DNA from: Octopus vulgaris
Lineage: Eukaryota
DNA length: 64,000 nucleotides
Direction: 5' to 3'
NCBI GenBank assembly: GCA_951406725.2
Contig: OX597837.1
Span: 19,282,001 to 19,346,000 of the forward strand
Part shown: positions 42,113 to 56,580 of the stretch, in pieces
How positions within the stretch are numbered: the first letter of the stretch is position 1
Layout of the letters: the number at the start of each line of letters is the position of its first letter
Notes under the pieces: model-generated
Databases searched by the model: none
What the model was told of the DNA's origin: nothing
Seen by the model: the letters and a program-made list of their open reading frames with translations, nothing else
Program-made: the position numbers and the translations under genes

Positions 42113-42289
42113 CACACAAGTTCAGACCTCCCTCCATGTAATGCGGGGTTACACAAATGAGGAGGTGTTTCAATAAATTTGTAAAAGGAATATGGATTTT
42201 ATTACCAATTTTTAATTCCTACTTACTTTTCACTCACCCTGTATATACATTTATATACCTCCCTCTCCTTCTCTCTTTCTCTTTCTATC

Positions 42290-42396
<107 letters not shown>

Positions 42397-42453
42397 ATGT
42401 ATGTATGTATGTATGTATGTATGTATGTATGTATGTGTGTATGTACGTATGTA

Positions 42454-43115
42454 CAGGATGTTTCGGCCGAATTAGACAGTTTGATAAAAGGAAAGAAAAT
42501 TTAAAATAATATCAATTGGATTATGGCTTCACGATAACAGTTTACTCAAAGTAGCTACCCTCATCTACCTCCGCTTTTAGACTTCTACGGAGCCTGGCTT
42601 ATGGGTTTCTCACTGTATCTCTGGGAATTTGTTTTTGATCTTGGCCACCAGCTCTGCCTTGGTGTTGCAGACAGAACAGATGGCGTCTTTCTTAATCGCA
42701 CCCCACACATAGTAATTAGGAAGCCAGAAACTGGATTTGATACTGTCGTAGAAATTCTCCGAAAACCACTTCTGATTGTTTCCGGAGGTATGGTAGGTGG
42801 CCAAATCCTTCTGCTACATATATGGCCTCCCAAAAGCGATTCTCTACAGTTAGGGACTGGCCAGAGTTCTCAGAGCATTGAGCAGTGTTCTCAGACCATT
42901 GGTGGCGCCATTTTTATACCAGGTGCGAATCACCTTGATACCGGTAACTTTTTCCTAATATTCAGATGATTTCCACCCCTCCATACCAACTAACTTTTTC
43001 TCAACAGCAGCTTTAATCTTTATGTTCTTTGATGTTGTTGGCAGTTCATCAAAATCTCAAGTTATTCCTGAAGGAAGGAAATACAAAAATCGTCCAATCT
43101 AATCCGAACACTTTG
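42454..43115 (-). mobile_element. Decayed Tc1/mariner-superfamily derivative, different family
   Basis: TA-flanked imperfect TIRs; NYYVWGAIKKDA..CNTKAELVAKIK. Confidence 0.75.
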
Positions 43116-43614
43116 TATATTAATATATATCTTTACTTACATACATACATGCATACATACACACACACACATCCATCCATCCATCCATCCATCCATCCAT
43201 ACACACATACATATAGTATATTCTGTCTTCTGTTAAGAACGTAGTAGAGTAAAGTATAAAACTTATCCACCTTCAGATTTCACCCTGTGTTATGCAGTAA
43301 TAATATAATAAGTACTTCCAGTTTTGCGTTTGGGCTTCTCTTGTGAGTGAATAGATAATTGAGTCAACAAGAAGGAGTACGGTTGGACATTTATTTTCAA
43401 TCACCACAATTGTTTCTACGCAACGTAGTTCTCCAGGCGAGCAGGTACTTGATTATGCAACCGTTTCCCTGCATTATGAGATCTAGTGTTTCCTCAAGCG
43501 ATATGTAAATATTGTCTCCGTAAGTTCAAATTCTCTGCTTCAAGAGCATCCTCTCTGTCTATCGTGTCCGTTTTCAATGTCATGTATATATATATATGTA
43601 TATATATATGTGTG

Positions 43615-43659
<45 letters not shown>

Positions 43660-43753
43660 CAGTAAATGGTGGGGTTGTGTTAACCGCACGTGGAGGAATG
43701 ATAGGAGAGGATACTTTCAATTTAACATTCTGCTTTATTATAATTTTTCCTCT

Positions 43754-43812
<59 letters not shown>

Positions 43813-44550
43813 GAGGTATTTTTACTCTCTCAAACGGCACCGAGATGAAAGAGTCAATATGTATTCTATACTGCTTGTGCAAAAAATCCTAAATGTTAAA
43901 TTTTATTTCAATTTTAATAAATATCTATAGAGCTGAAATGCGAAAAATTTGTTTGTCTCATTTTGGGATGGGGTCGGATTGGCTCCAAAATTTACAGGGA
44001 CATGTAAAAAGAGGCGATGAAGCAACTGGACTAGGTTAGAAACCCCTATCTCAAAAGCTGTGGTTACAAGGGCAACAAAACCCAGACTTTGACAAGTGTT
44101 TGTCGTTTCCACCTTTCGGATATCACCCTGTCTTCCTCGATCTCTATCTTTCCTTCCTTCCCTCCATATTCTCTCTATAACGACGTTTGACAGCTTCGTC
44201 TCTCTGTCACTCTCCCCACCACCTCTCTCACTGTACGTCTGTCTGTATCTATAGAGAGAAAGCGTTGACAGCCGCAAAAGTTTAAATATTCCCGCTACAG
44301 GTCTTTTAGAACAGTGTATTATTATCGCCTACCACCACCGCACAAACATAACAGATATTAATAAGATATATTGTGTTAATTTATGTATATATATGTGTAT
44401 AAATGTGTATATATGTGTATAAATATATATATATATATATATATAATGTGTATACATATATATGTGTATATATATATAAAGTGTATATATTTATATATAT
44501 GTGTGTAGCCATGTATATATAATGCGTATATATGTACATATTTAATGCGC

Positions 44551-44607
<57 letters not shown>

Positions 44608-46114
44608 GTGTGCATATGTGGTCGGATTGAGCTGAAAATATGCACATCTATGTTAAAAGTGCTAGTGAGTTTGCATAGCAACTTTGAGTTGCCTTCTAGG
44701 GCAAAATTCCTCATCTTTTAAAATGTGTCCCGCGTAGACCCGAATGAAATCGGGTTATAATACCGAAACAAGTAACACAATAATAAACTATTTTAATCCT
44801 GAGCAAGGCCGAGTATATCTGTCTAATCGATAAAATGAAGAAGGCGAACGTTGATACAAGTTAGATTTTTATGTAAAAAGGGGTCTAAATGGGGTTGGAA
44901 GGGGATTAAATCTTACAGGAGGGGGTAACTTGAGGTGAGAAATTGATTGGGGTGCTACAGTGGCTTCTTTGGTGTGAAAACGGGGATTTTACTGATTTTG
45001 GCGGACACTTGGGGGTCTAGATTGGATACCTTTTGTCCGATTTCAATCAAATTTTCAACATGGTAAAGTGGAAGCGGATTTGTAATTTAAGCGCGGAAAT
45101 CTAATTTTTTATAAATGAGAGAGATAGATAGATAGATAGATAGAGAAAGATAGAGTGTAAGAGAAAGCGAGGGAGAGTCCGAGAGAAAGGAAGAGTAAGA
45201 GAGTGGGAAAGTGAGAGAGAAAGCAGAGAGAAACAAAGGAGAATGTGGCGATAAGAAACAGAAATGAATCAACAGAAAATAACAACCACACTCTCACCCG
45301 CGCGTAGAGCGTGTCGCCTTAAGCTTGTTCACCTAAATAAAACGGTTTTTTAATGAAATTATTGATTTTTTTATCAACAAAAAACAATAAAATAACACGT
45401 CTGAAGCCTCATAGAATTTGTGTTATTATATCCGTACATATGTATGTATATATGTAATATACACACATACATAACCTGCACACATTGCAAGATGACATTA
45501 AAATAGTATGTTTTGCAATATTATTTCCATTAGTCATGTGGTCTTAATGGTTTTCAGTTTCAGAATAGATTTCCACTTGAACTCTCAATTTACATAAGAA
45601 GCTAGTTTTCTTCACGGGAAATCACACTGTATTTTATAAGGAGAAGGAAGGTAAATCCATCTGTATTGACATCATCTTAGTGAGGGATAAAGTCGTCCCC
45701 TTCATAGAATCGAGGAAAGAGAAAAAATTGAAATTCCATTTACTAATTCTAAATTTCCACCTCACAATATTTGTAACTCCAGCTCTGTCATAGGTACCAA
45801 GGAATCCAGCAGAGCATTTCTTTTCGTGTGATAAATCCGAAAAAGCCACAAAAATGTAGGACTTTCTCATAACAAAACGAAGTAAATGGAACAAAATTTC
45901 CGTCGGACATAGGAAGATAATCCTGTGTAGAAGCCTTCATAAACTCATTCTTCTGTAGAGTAAGGGATTTTCTGTCACTGAAAAGTACAATTCTCATCCT
46001 ATGTAACACAAAGTATTTAATCAAACGTCCATAAAATCCATCTATAATTGTCGAGTTGATCTAATTGGAAAGCACCTAAGTTGGTTTACTGCGTTGATGT
46101 AGAAACAACAGATA

Positions 46115-46151
<37 letters not shown>

Positions 46152-46343
46152 AGAAATATTATTATTTCTAAATCTCTCAGTGGGAGATATTTAGTAACAG
46201 TACTTTAAAGTAAAGGCTATTTGGCAACATAATGTGGTTGTCCTGAGAGGGACGATTGTTACTGTTGCTTAATCTCAGGAAACATTGTTTCCAGCTATCT
46301 ATACGACACAATATCTGTGTCCTTATATTTTCGAACAGGAAGT

Positions 46344-46436
<93 letters not shown>

Positions 46437-46449
46437 TATAATAAAAATA

Positions 46450-46645
46450 ATAGTTGGGAATATAATTCCAAAACTTACACGGAAAAATTCAATTTAACAA
46501 TTTTAAATCAAATTTCAAAAAATATAATATATGTATATAATTTAGAGAAAAACCTACTGTTTAATATTTATTGTACTTTATTGAGTTTTAGAACAAGGGT
46601 TTTATAGGGTATGTTTTCTATATGCTGTGAATAACATCTTCCATT
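46450..46645 (-). mobile_element. Probable R4/Dong-like 3' end next to (AAT)n
   Basis: Short terminal coding-like fragment plus AT-rich UTR abutting the trinucleotide tract. Confidence 0.35.
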
Positions 46646-46671
46646 ATTGAATTGCTTAATAGATGAATTAT

Positions 46672-46735
<64 letters not shown>

Positions 46736-47281
46736 GGCATCGTGCGTCCGCATGTCCGTGTGCGTGTGCGTGTGCGTGACGAACATTGCCTTTAAACCCA
46801 ATATAGATAACATATCCGTTCACGAAGATCCAATAATTAAATGCGTCGTTAAATCGTTAAGGAGAGGAAAAGCAGATCTAATTTGTGAATCTCAGAGAAA
46901 AATAAAACACCAAGAAGATAAGCAAATAGAAAACATCAAGAATCTTCCACATAATAGATTGAAAGAAAATAAATCATAAATGATATACAATTAGAGGGAC
47001 CTTCCCTTGAAATAAAAGAACCCTAATGTCACATCAAAATTGTGAATGATTTCTCTTTATGTGGAGCGACATCTTATCTTAGTATTTGGCCCGATTTTTC
47101 CATGAATTAGTGCAAGGAGTAGCGATGTGTGAGTACGACGATGTGAAGTGCCATATGGGTCTAAATGCATAATTATGCTTTACAATAGTAATTGAAATCT
47201 TGCTCTCTTCTTTTTGTGAATTAAGAAATCGTTTCGGTATATACATACATACTTACATACATATATATATATGTATATATA

Positions 47282-47344
<63 letters not shown>

Positions 47345-47423
47345 CATATAAACATACACATGCACACAATTATGTGTATGTTTGTAAATAAGTGCTTTTG
47401 TATTTGCATGAGCGTGTGCCTTT

Positions 47424-47478
<55 letters not shown>

Positions 47479-47532
47479 ATATATATGTATATATACATAT
47501 ATATGCACATACATAAATATTTATACGTTTGG

Positions 47533-47589
<57 letters not shown>

Positions 47590-48043
47590 TATAGATACAT
47601 ATATATATATGCATACGTATACGCCCACAAACAAAACTTACACAAAAAAGTAGTCGATGCACGCGGGAGAATGTGAGTATATGTGTATGCATGTAGAGCA
47701 TCTTTAACACGCAACTCAGCCAATGCCACACACCAGCATCAAAAGCCTAAAAGAATAAACAATATACAAAAACACTCCACCGCCACCACCAACATCACCA
47801 CCACCAACAACAACAACAGCAACAACAACAACAACAACAATAACAATAACAACAACAACTAACTTATAACCTTTCATTGCGTTTTCCTATAATTAGAGCC
47901 TGCCAACTTGACAAAATACCCTCTTGCCACCTGTTGAATAATAATAACGCTACCTATAAAAACAAGAACAATATTAAAACAATAGCTACAAAAATAGTAG
48001 TAGCTATAACAATAACCTTAACAAAAACAACATTAGGAAAATG

Positions 48044-48095
<52 letters not shown>

Positions 48096-48378
48096 CAACA
48101 ACAGTAATAATAATAATGATAATAAAATGATATAAACAGTGTATTGTAAGGTATAGAAATCTATCAATATTGCATGAGTGTGTAACTTGAATGTGAATAA
48201 AGCTGTGTGTCTTCACCATTTTAATCTGGTAAGGCCTTAGGATAGCGTTTAACGAGTAAAGTTGAGAAAAATTACTAAAAAAATATTTATATTTTTTCAC
48301 TTTCATCTTTCTTGAAGGATCTTCTTTGCTGTTTATTATTATCCACTTCTCACCAACTCTCGCTTTCACTCTCTCCCG

Positions 48379-48493
<115 letters not shown>

Positions 48494-48780
48494 CACATAC
48501 ATATATACATACATGCATACATACATATATAAATACATACATATATACATGTATATATACAGACGCACACACGAAAAGAATATATGCATGCATATGTGTG
48601 TGAGTGTGTGCGTGTGCATGTGTTTGTGTGCGTGCGTGTTTATTTGTAATGTATATGTGTTATATATGGTTATATTATGTTCGTGGCATTCGCAGTTTCA
48701 CTCTTTCACTAGCACATATTTCATCAAATATTTCTTTGTCTTTCACTGTCTTATTTTCTTCTACCATACGCCTCTAACAT

Positions 48781-48874
<94 letters not shown>

Positions 48875-48876
48875 AC

Positions 48877-48987
<111 letters not shown>

Positions 48988-49041
48988 TTATTTATATATA
49001 TATATGTATATATATACATGCAGAAGCAGATACATGTATAC

Positions 49042-49086
<45 letters not shown>

Positions 49087-49092
49087 CATACA

Positions 49093-49180
<88 letters not shown>

Positions 49181-49225
49181 GATATTTAGTTAGATTGGTA
49201 TATGCATACATATAAATAATATATG

Positions 49226-49261
<36 letters not shown>

Positions 49262-49523
49262 ATATATGAGTGTGTATGTGTGTGTGTGCGCGCGTGTGTG
49301 TGTGTGTGTGTGTTTGGTGTATGTGTAGCTTACGTGTGTGTGCAACATAAATTTTCACTCTCTTTTTGTCATTCTCTCCCTTTTTCGTTTCACAGTCTTA
49401 CATAATTGTCTTCCTCCCCATATCTACTTTTAGAATTCCTTTAGTGCCAATCCGCTCTTCCTGTCTCACACAACTCTTTTTCCCTACGTACGTACATATA
49501 CAGACATACAAAAATCATATCTG

Positions 49524-49559
<36 letters not shown>

Positions 49560-49683
49560 GATAGATAGATATCTATCTGTGTGAGATAGATAGATAGATA
49601 TCTATCTATCTCACACACCCATATATATATGTGTGTGTGTGTGTTTGTATGTATATGTATAGTATATATATGTATATGTATAG

Positions 49684-49723
<40 letters not shown>

Positions 49724-50077
49724 CGTGCGTGAGAGTATGGGTGTGTATATTTGTGAGTGTGTATGCAGAGAATATATTCATCTGTCCGTTATACACGCGT
49801 ATAGTTTTATGGCATCTGCGTGTATATGCATGTGTGTTCCCGTTGCGAATGTATGGAGAAGTCTATTAAAATTTGAAAATATAAAATACGTATATGCATC
49901 ATCGTGTGTATGTGTATGTATGTATGTATGTATGTATATATGTATGTATGTACGTGTGTCTTAGGTGAGTGTGGATGCATACATACACAATACTTACAGA
50001 CAGTAGACAAAGACACACTCACACACACTTACGTGCACACACATATATATGTATGTAAGTGTATATATATATATTTA

Positions 50078-50140
<63 letters not shown>

Positions 50141-50150
50141 CTGCACATGA

Positions 50151-50184
<34 letters not shown>

Positions 50185-50192
50185 TCATGTAT

Positions 50193-50235
<43 letters not shown>

Positions 50236-50286
50236 TAAATATACATATGTATATATGTGTTTGCGTGAGTATATATATATCTGCAC

Positions 50287-50323
<37 letters not shown>

Positions 50324-50573
50324 TGTGTAGATATTTATATACTCACGCAAACACGTATATACATATGTATATTTGTACACACGTATGTATTAGAGTTTGG
50401 CATTTCATTTTTTTTTTCAATCGTTAAGATATTGTACTTAAAACAATTGATTCAGCATTAGTGCAGTGTTTTTGTATTTTCGTCTTTGCTAAAGGCCAAT
50501 AATTTTGTAATGTGAGAATATATTTCTATATCTACTAACATGCATCCCACTTCGTTTATCTGTCTGCTTAAAC

Positions 50574-50674
<101 letters not shown>

Positions 50675-51307
50675 CATATACATTCAAATGTAAACACACT
50701 CATACTCGTTGCTCCACATTCACAAATACATACACATATACACAAACACGCACACATACACACACATACATTTATATGTATGAGTACGTATATCTATATA
50801 CCCATATATGTATATATATATATATATATATGCATGTATATATATATATATAGATATATGCATATGTACATTATATATATATATGTATGTGTATATGTAT
50901 AAATATAAATATATATATGTATGTATGCGTATATATATATATATATATATACAAACACAATATATGTTTACACATATACACACGTAATACTCTCTCACAC
51001 ACCCACACACGCACGTATACACACACACACACACTCGCTGAAACACTTATACACGCATACACACATTGATACAGGTTAAATTTTTGCAGTCAACATAAAT
51101 GGTAGTTTTTCTCTTATTTGCTCCTTTCTCTCTGTAATAAAATATTTATCTCCCTCTGCCTATTTGCATCTTGATACAGATATTAAATTAAAAACAAAAC
51201 TGGGTTTACCAATTTTTACCTGCTTCCAGTGATTAACTGATTTACTTAAGTGTACTTATGTTGGTATAAAACTCGTAGCCGTTACTGTTGTTTTTGCTGT
51301 TGCTGTT

Positions 51308-51343
<36 letters not shown>

Positions 51344-51346
51344 TTT

Positions 51347-51381
<35 letters not shown>

Positions 51382-51988
51382 TTTTGTTTTCACTGATGCT
51401 TTAGTAAATAGATTCTTTGCCGGGGTTCTCTAGCAGTATTGTTCATTAGAATGAGTGCTACACCCTCTTAAATTTCAAAATTTATCAAAGTGCGTTAATG
51501 CATTTTCATAAAGATGGAGTCTGTTTTTGTAAAGTGCACCTAACCGTCTTTGGTGGACGTGTGTGACTCGGTAGTATGTGCCATGTTTTCACCTTTTGTC
51601 TTAGTTACCAATGTGGTCGCGAGCAAACATAAACACCTCTTCGACCCCATCACTCTTAATCCAGCAAAACATCCGGAGTGTGACTATCTGGAAAGAGAGA
51701 GAGAGGGTTGCATCAGCCGCGTATTGGTTCAGCAGACTAGAATGGACCAAGTAGAAATGAAGTTGTTTCTTATGAGAGTGAAACCATTATGGATGAGACA
51801 CATTTATTTCGAGATGGCTTCGCAGGGTGTGACACGTTTATCTTGAAAGGACTTTGACGGATGCAACAGTTTTGAAAGCTTTGCTTTGTGTGAAACATTT
51901 ATTTTGAAAGGACCTTGATGTGTGTGAGATCTAATGTTTATTAAGAAGTTCATTGAGAGAGTGACATAACTATTTGCCTTGCTATTGC

Positions 51989-52024
<36 letters not shown>

Positions 52025-52346
52025 GTAGCTTTAGATAATCCCTAACTGAATAGACCGTCGTCTCCTTCATGGTAGGTCATTTGTCGGCTGAACGACTCGC
52101 TGTAAGCCATAAATATACTTTTCCACATATATCACGTCTTCACCTCGTTATGGAGCCGAAGACTTTATTGCATACTGTGCAATGACGGATCATATGTGCG
52201 AATGATAACATCATAACTCAAACCTCTCTCCTCTCTCTTTTCTCTCTCTCTCTGCATGATTGTTGTTGCTATTGTTGTTTTAGCCCCAGGTCATCCTTTA
52301 TTGAACAGACTTATTATAAAAGGTATTTCAATAATGACCATGATCA

Positions 52347-52745
52347 TAGGTGTTGGCGTGGCTGTGTAGTAAGAAGTTTGGTTCCCAAATACACGGTTCC
52401 GGGTTCAGTTCCACAGTGTGACATCTTGGGCAAGTATGTTCTGTTATAGTCTCGGGCCGACCAAACCCTTATGAGTGGGTTTTGTGGACGAAAACTGAAA
52501 GAACCCGCCGTATATCCATACATAAATATATATTTATGTGTATGGCTTTGTGTTCGTACTTGTATCTCAACATCGCTTGACGATCGGTTCTACTGTGTTT
52601 ACGTCCCCGTAACGAAAGAGACCGGCAGAAGAAGTACCAAGTTTGAAGAAGAAAAAAAGTACTGGGGTCGATTAATTCAACCTAAAATTCTTCGAGGCGT
52701 TGCCCCAGCCTGGTCGCAGTCCAATGACTGAAACAAGTTAAAGAT
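52347..52745 (+). mobile_element. SINE family B
   Basis: Family motifs. Confidence 0.85.
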
Positions 52746-53032
52746 AAACGATGTATTCTTTATACATAATAAACTTCTACGCCTGTAGATTCTGCAGGCA
52801 TCAACGGAGAGGACTAACAAGATGGCGCAATCAGTGCTTTCTCTAGTATTTATGTTGGTGTTGATGATGTTGAGTGATTCTGCAGAATCTGAATTCCGCC
52901 CCACGGTGAACGTCATTTTATTGGGAGGTTTGAAGTTTGAGACAGTGGCGCAGGCATCTTTTTGTTGTGGGGAACAGGTGGACGGAGGTAGGCTGTGGGA
53001 TCATTTAACCGATTAATAAGGCAACTAGGTGT

Positions 53033-53073
<41 letters not shown>

Positions 53074-53386
53074 TATGTCTGGAAAGTAGAAAAGGAAGCC
53101 TTAAAAAAGAGTGGTTGTAATTAGTTTAACTTTTATCTTTCACTTGTTTCAGTCATTAGATTGCGGCCATGCTGTGGCACTGCCTTCAAGAATTTAACCG
53201 AATGAATCGCCCCCAACCATTCTTTTTTCTATAAGCCTGATACTTATTCTATCGTATCTCTTTGCCGAACCGCTAAATTGCAACGATATAAGCACACCAC
53301 CACTAGTTGTCAAGCAGTAGTGGGGAAGAAACACCAACACGAAGACAGACATATATATATGTATATGTATATATATATGTATATAT

Positions 53387-53883
53387 AGCCACTGGTAGTA
53401 ATCTATATTACTACCCTTTTGTTTATATTCGCATATTACTTGATAAATTTATTCGTAATTTTTTTTCCCGGCATGCCCTATATCACCGGGTATATTTTGC
53501 GTCTGCGCAGAGATTTGAAAAGTTAAGATCTGCATGTTGTTGAGATCAACACATGGTCTAACGCGCGGCGTATCTCGATTCAATTTAGGCGTCTCGCTGA
53601 TGAAACCAGCCTTAGCAAACACATTCTATGTTTTGCTAGAAAGAGGTAGAAACTGATATCAGTCCGAGATGTAAAGTTATCGGTAAATGTTTTTGATTTT
53701 CACTCTCGATAAGTTTATCCTCTTTTTGTGTCCCCAGCACTTGGCATCCTTATTTAGGAGCCCTTAATTATATTTCTAAATGAATAATATTTTTCTATAT
53801 GAATAATATTTTGTCTAATGACTAATTCGTCTTTTGCGCAGAGCCACTAGTAGTAATCTATATTACTACCCTTTTGTTTATAT
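53387..53883 (+). mobile_element. Retrozyme-like unit: 455-bp period with 42-bp terminal direct repeats and a central hammerhead
   Basis: AGCCACT(G/A)GTAGTAATCTATATTACTACCCTTTTGTTTATAT at 53387-53428 and 53842-53883; (TA)n flanks; no ORF. Confidence 0.75.
53592..53669 (+). ncRNA. Type I hammerhead ribozyme with intact core and GUC cleavage site
   Basis: TCTCG-CTGATGA-AACC..TAGCAAACA/TGTTTTGCTA..GGTA-GAAA-CTGATATCAG-TC-CGAGA; helix III is a perfect 10-nt palindrome. Confidence 0.88.
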
Positions 53884-53907
53884 ATATATATATATGTATA
53901 TGTAACT

Positions 53908-54027
53908 ACAGCAAAATTAAGGAACGGCCATAATAGGCCGTTCAACCCACTAGAAATAACAGCCAAGGCTTCAACCGCAAAATAGTGGGTTGAACGGCCT
54001 ATTATGGCCGTTCCTTAATTTTGCTGT
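53908..54027. repeat. Perfect 45-bp inverted repeat with a 30-bp spacer
   Basis: 53908-53952 is the exact reverse complement of 53983-54027. Confidence 0.95.
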
Positions 54028-54325
54028 TGAATTTAAAAATAGTCTCTGACTATTTCCTTTTTTCTCACTAGACCGCTGGTAGCAAAATAATTTCTGCTGA
54101 ATTTTTTTGCTACCCTATATTGATTATATATGTAACTACATGTGTATCGTTGGCGATTTCTCCTCCATCTTTGGACTTTCTTCCTTCTCCTTTTCGACAA
54201 AGTGCTATGCTCGACATGTCAAATTCTCTCCTTTCAGCGAGAGTCAAACTAATACATTTTTTGTGCACGTCCTCAAGTTAGTCTTTTTGGTATTTTTAAT
54301 TTGAATTGTTTGTTTATTTGAATTG

Positions 54326-54395
<70 letters not shown>

Positions 54396-54954
54396 CATAC
54401 ATATACATAGGTAAACAATAAAAATAATTACAGACATGGACAAGAACATGAAACGCCAAATTCACTTACAAGGCTTTGGTCGGCCTGAGGCTCCATAGCA
54501 GAAGACACCTGTAGTTTGGAAGCAAACTTCTTACCTAACAGCCACACCTGCACCTGCTGTATATGGATGAGTTAGCATACGTTGTGTAGGGTCATGCTGT
54601 AATATTATCGTTTCAACCTTGGTTTTATTTATATTGCTTTTGCACCAGCATGCATAGTGGTCATTGAAATATTTTCTAAATGTTCGAGAGTGTATTAAGT
54701 GTTGTATTAAACACATCAACAAACAGATATATAAACTGTCGATGTTAATACAAAGAAGGATTTAGTTAGATGAGACGAATGGAGAGGTTGGTGGTAGAGT
54801 GTATATATTTACTATGTCAAGGTATTTCGTGTTTATTTATTTTGAATGCTTACATTTCGAGTATATTATAATGTTATGTTGGTTGTCTCTCAAGTCCGAG
54901 AACGACGAGTAGCAATTTCTTGTTGAATATCTTGACCAAATGATTTTCTTACAT

Positions 54955-55150
54955 CGATCAAATGTTTGAGCTCGCTCTCTCCCTCCAAAAAATGGACATT
55001 GCCTGTACAGACGTGCTGGGCGCCACACGTCAGGTAGATAAGTGATTGCAGAATAACGTGAAATAAAGAGTTTTACTCAAGAACACAACGCGTCTCGGAA
55101 TCGATATCGCAGGATCGCAGTCCAAAGTGCAACACCCTTACTGGGCCGTG
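54955..55150 (-). mobile_element. SINE family C
   Basis: Homologous to 29381-29660. Confidence 0.65.
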
Positions 55151-55499
55151 CTCGTCTCATTATGTTATATTAGGAAGCGAATTGGCAGAAACGTTGGAGC
55201 ATCGCACGAAATACGATATTCTGAGTTCAAAACACACAACGAAAAACCTTGGTTTTCATCCTTCCAGGGTCGATCAATAAAGTACCAGTCTTCGGAAATA
55301 GACTGGGGGAATCGTTAGAATGGTGAACGAAATGCTTTGTGGTATTTATTTCGGCTATTTTATTTATGAGTTCAAAACTCGCCGAAGCCTCCCAGCCTCA
55401 ATAAATGGTGTTGAAATCTCCACCGTGCACACACCACAGGTAATCGTGGATAGCATTAGAAAGAGTCATGACATTCGCTGAGTGTTAGAGGCATGCGGT

Positions 55500-55845
55500 T
55501 ATGATGGCAACGACGCCGACGCCGACGATGATGACGATGCTAACGATGATGCTCATGGTGATGATGATGATGATGATGGTGATGGTGATAGTGATGACGA
55601 CGACGACGATGAGGATAAAGATGATGAAAATGATGATGATGATGGTAATTATGATGATGATGAAGACGATGATGCTGATGGTGATGATGATGACAATGAT
55701 GATTATAGTGATGACAATGACGATGAGGATGAAGGTGATGATGATGATGATGACGACGACGACGACGACGACGATGATGATGATGAATATGCTGCACCTG
55801 TTGCTACTGCTGATGATAACAATGATGATCATAATCATCATTGTC
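55500..55845. repeat. (GAT/GAC)n low-complexity tract
   Basis: Direct reading; open in several frames on both strands. Confidence 0.95.
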
Positions 55846-56339
55846 ATATGCTACATTGGTGTTCGAGTGATATCTGTAACATATGTTGGGATTGTTATGT
55901 AACTTACGGGGCTTCCATTGAATTTCGACTAGATCGGTCACATCGCCGCGAAATCTGTGATTTCTTCTCATATTTCCGATTGTCTCTCATATAATAATAA
56001 ATTCTATGTCATATAGTATTTTATACAACTTTTTATGTTATTAGTTCGTATATTTTCCATTTTTTGTCGTGTTGTGATCTGGACATTTTTCTAGTCGTAA
56101 CTGTGTGTGCATTATGTATGTGCATTAATATTTTTTGTTTTTTGTATACGTGCAAATATCTTGTCAGACATTGGCTGTTTCCAACGAATTTAATTAATAT
56201 CCGTTTCGTACGGAATCGAAGCATTCAGTCCATTTCTACACGTGATGTTACTCACATACATAAATATAATCATTTTAAGAAGAATGCCCAACAACTCCTC
56301 TTGTGTATAAAGCCGCTGTAACAATAGCATGTGGCATTG

Positions 56340-56580
56340 CACGCAGGACTTTCACAGAATGCTTTCAAAACCAGTGCACACGGCAGCAAAGAATTCATTC
56401 AACATCTTTCTCCCAATACATCTGGAAGTATAAAAAATTCACAGCATGTGTAAGTGGAACATAAACTGATACAACTTATGTATTGTAGAGAAATACAACA
56501 TCTTAACAGCAAAATATAATTAGTTACACAGAATTGTCAAGTTATTTCCTGATGCTTTCACAGAAAAATATCTCAAGATC
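56340..56580 (+). pseudogene. Penelope-like endonuclease C-terminal remnant
   Basis: HSTSFSQYIWKYKK / YNLCIVEKYNIL resemble the ST.LS.YIW.LK and CNLC..EK..I motifs of PLE ORFs. Confidence 0.6.

Larger units (their letters stand above)
53140..54550 (-). mobile_element. SINE family B split by about 1 kb of nested inserts
   Basis: 3' half 53140-53340; 5' half 54455-54550. Confidence 0.75.

Noticed and set aside
43920-45100. Possible additional Helitron-like fragments
   Set aside because: Suggestive internal motifs only; termini could not be defined
45634-46024. Overlapping minus-strand ORFs in unique sequence as a gene
   Set aside because: An acceptor-like site is present but there is no recognisable domain and no way to choose a frame
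55482-55994. 170-aa Asp-rich ORF as an acidic biomineral-type protein
   Set aside because: (GAT/GAC)n tract open in several frames, with no ATG-led signal peptide or convincing splice sites
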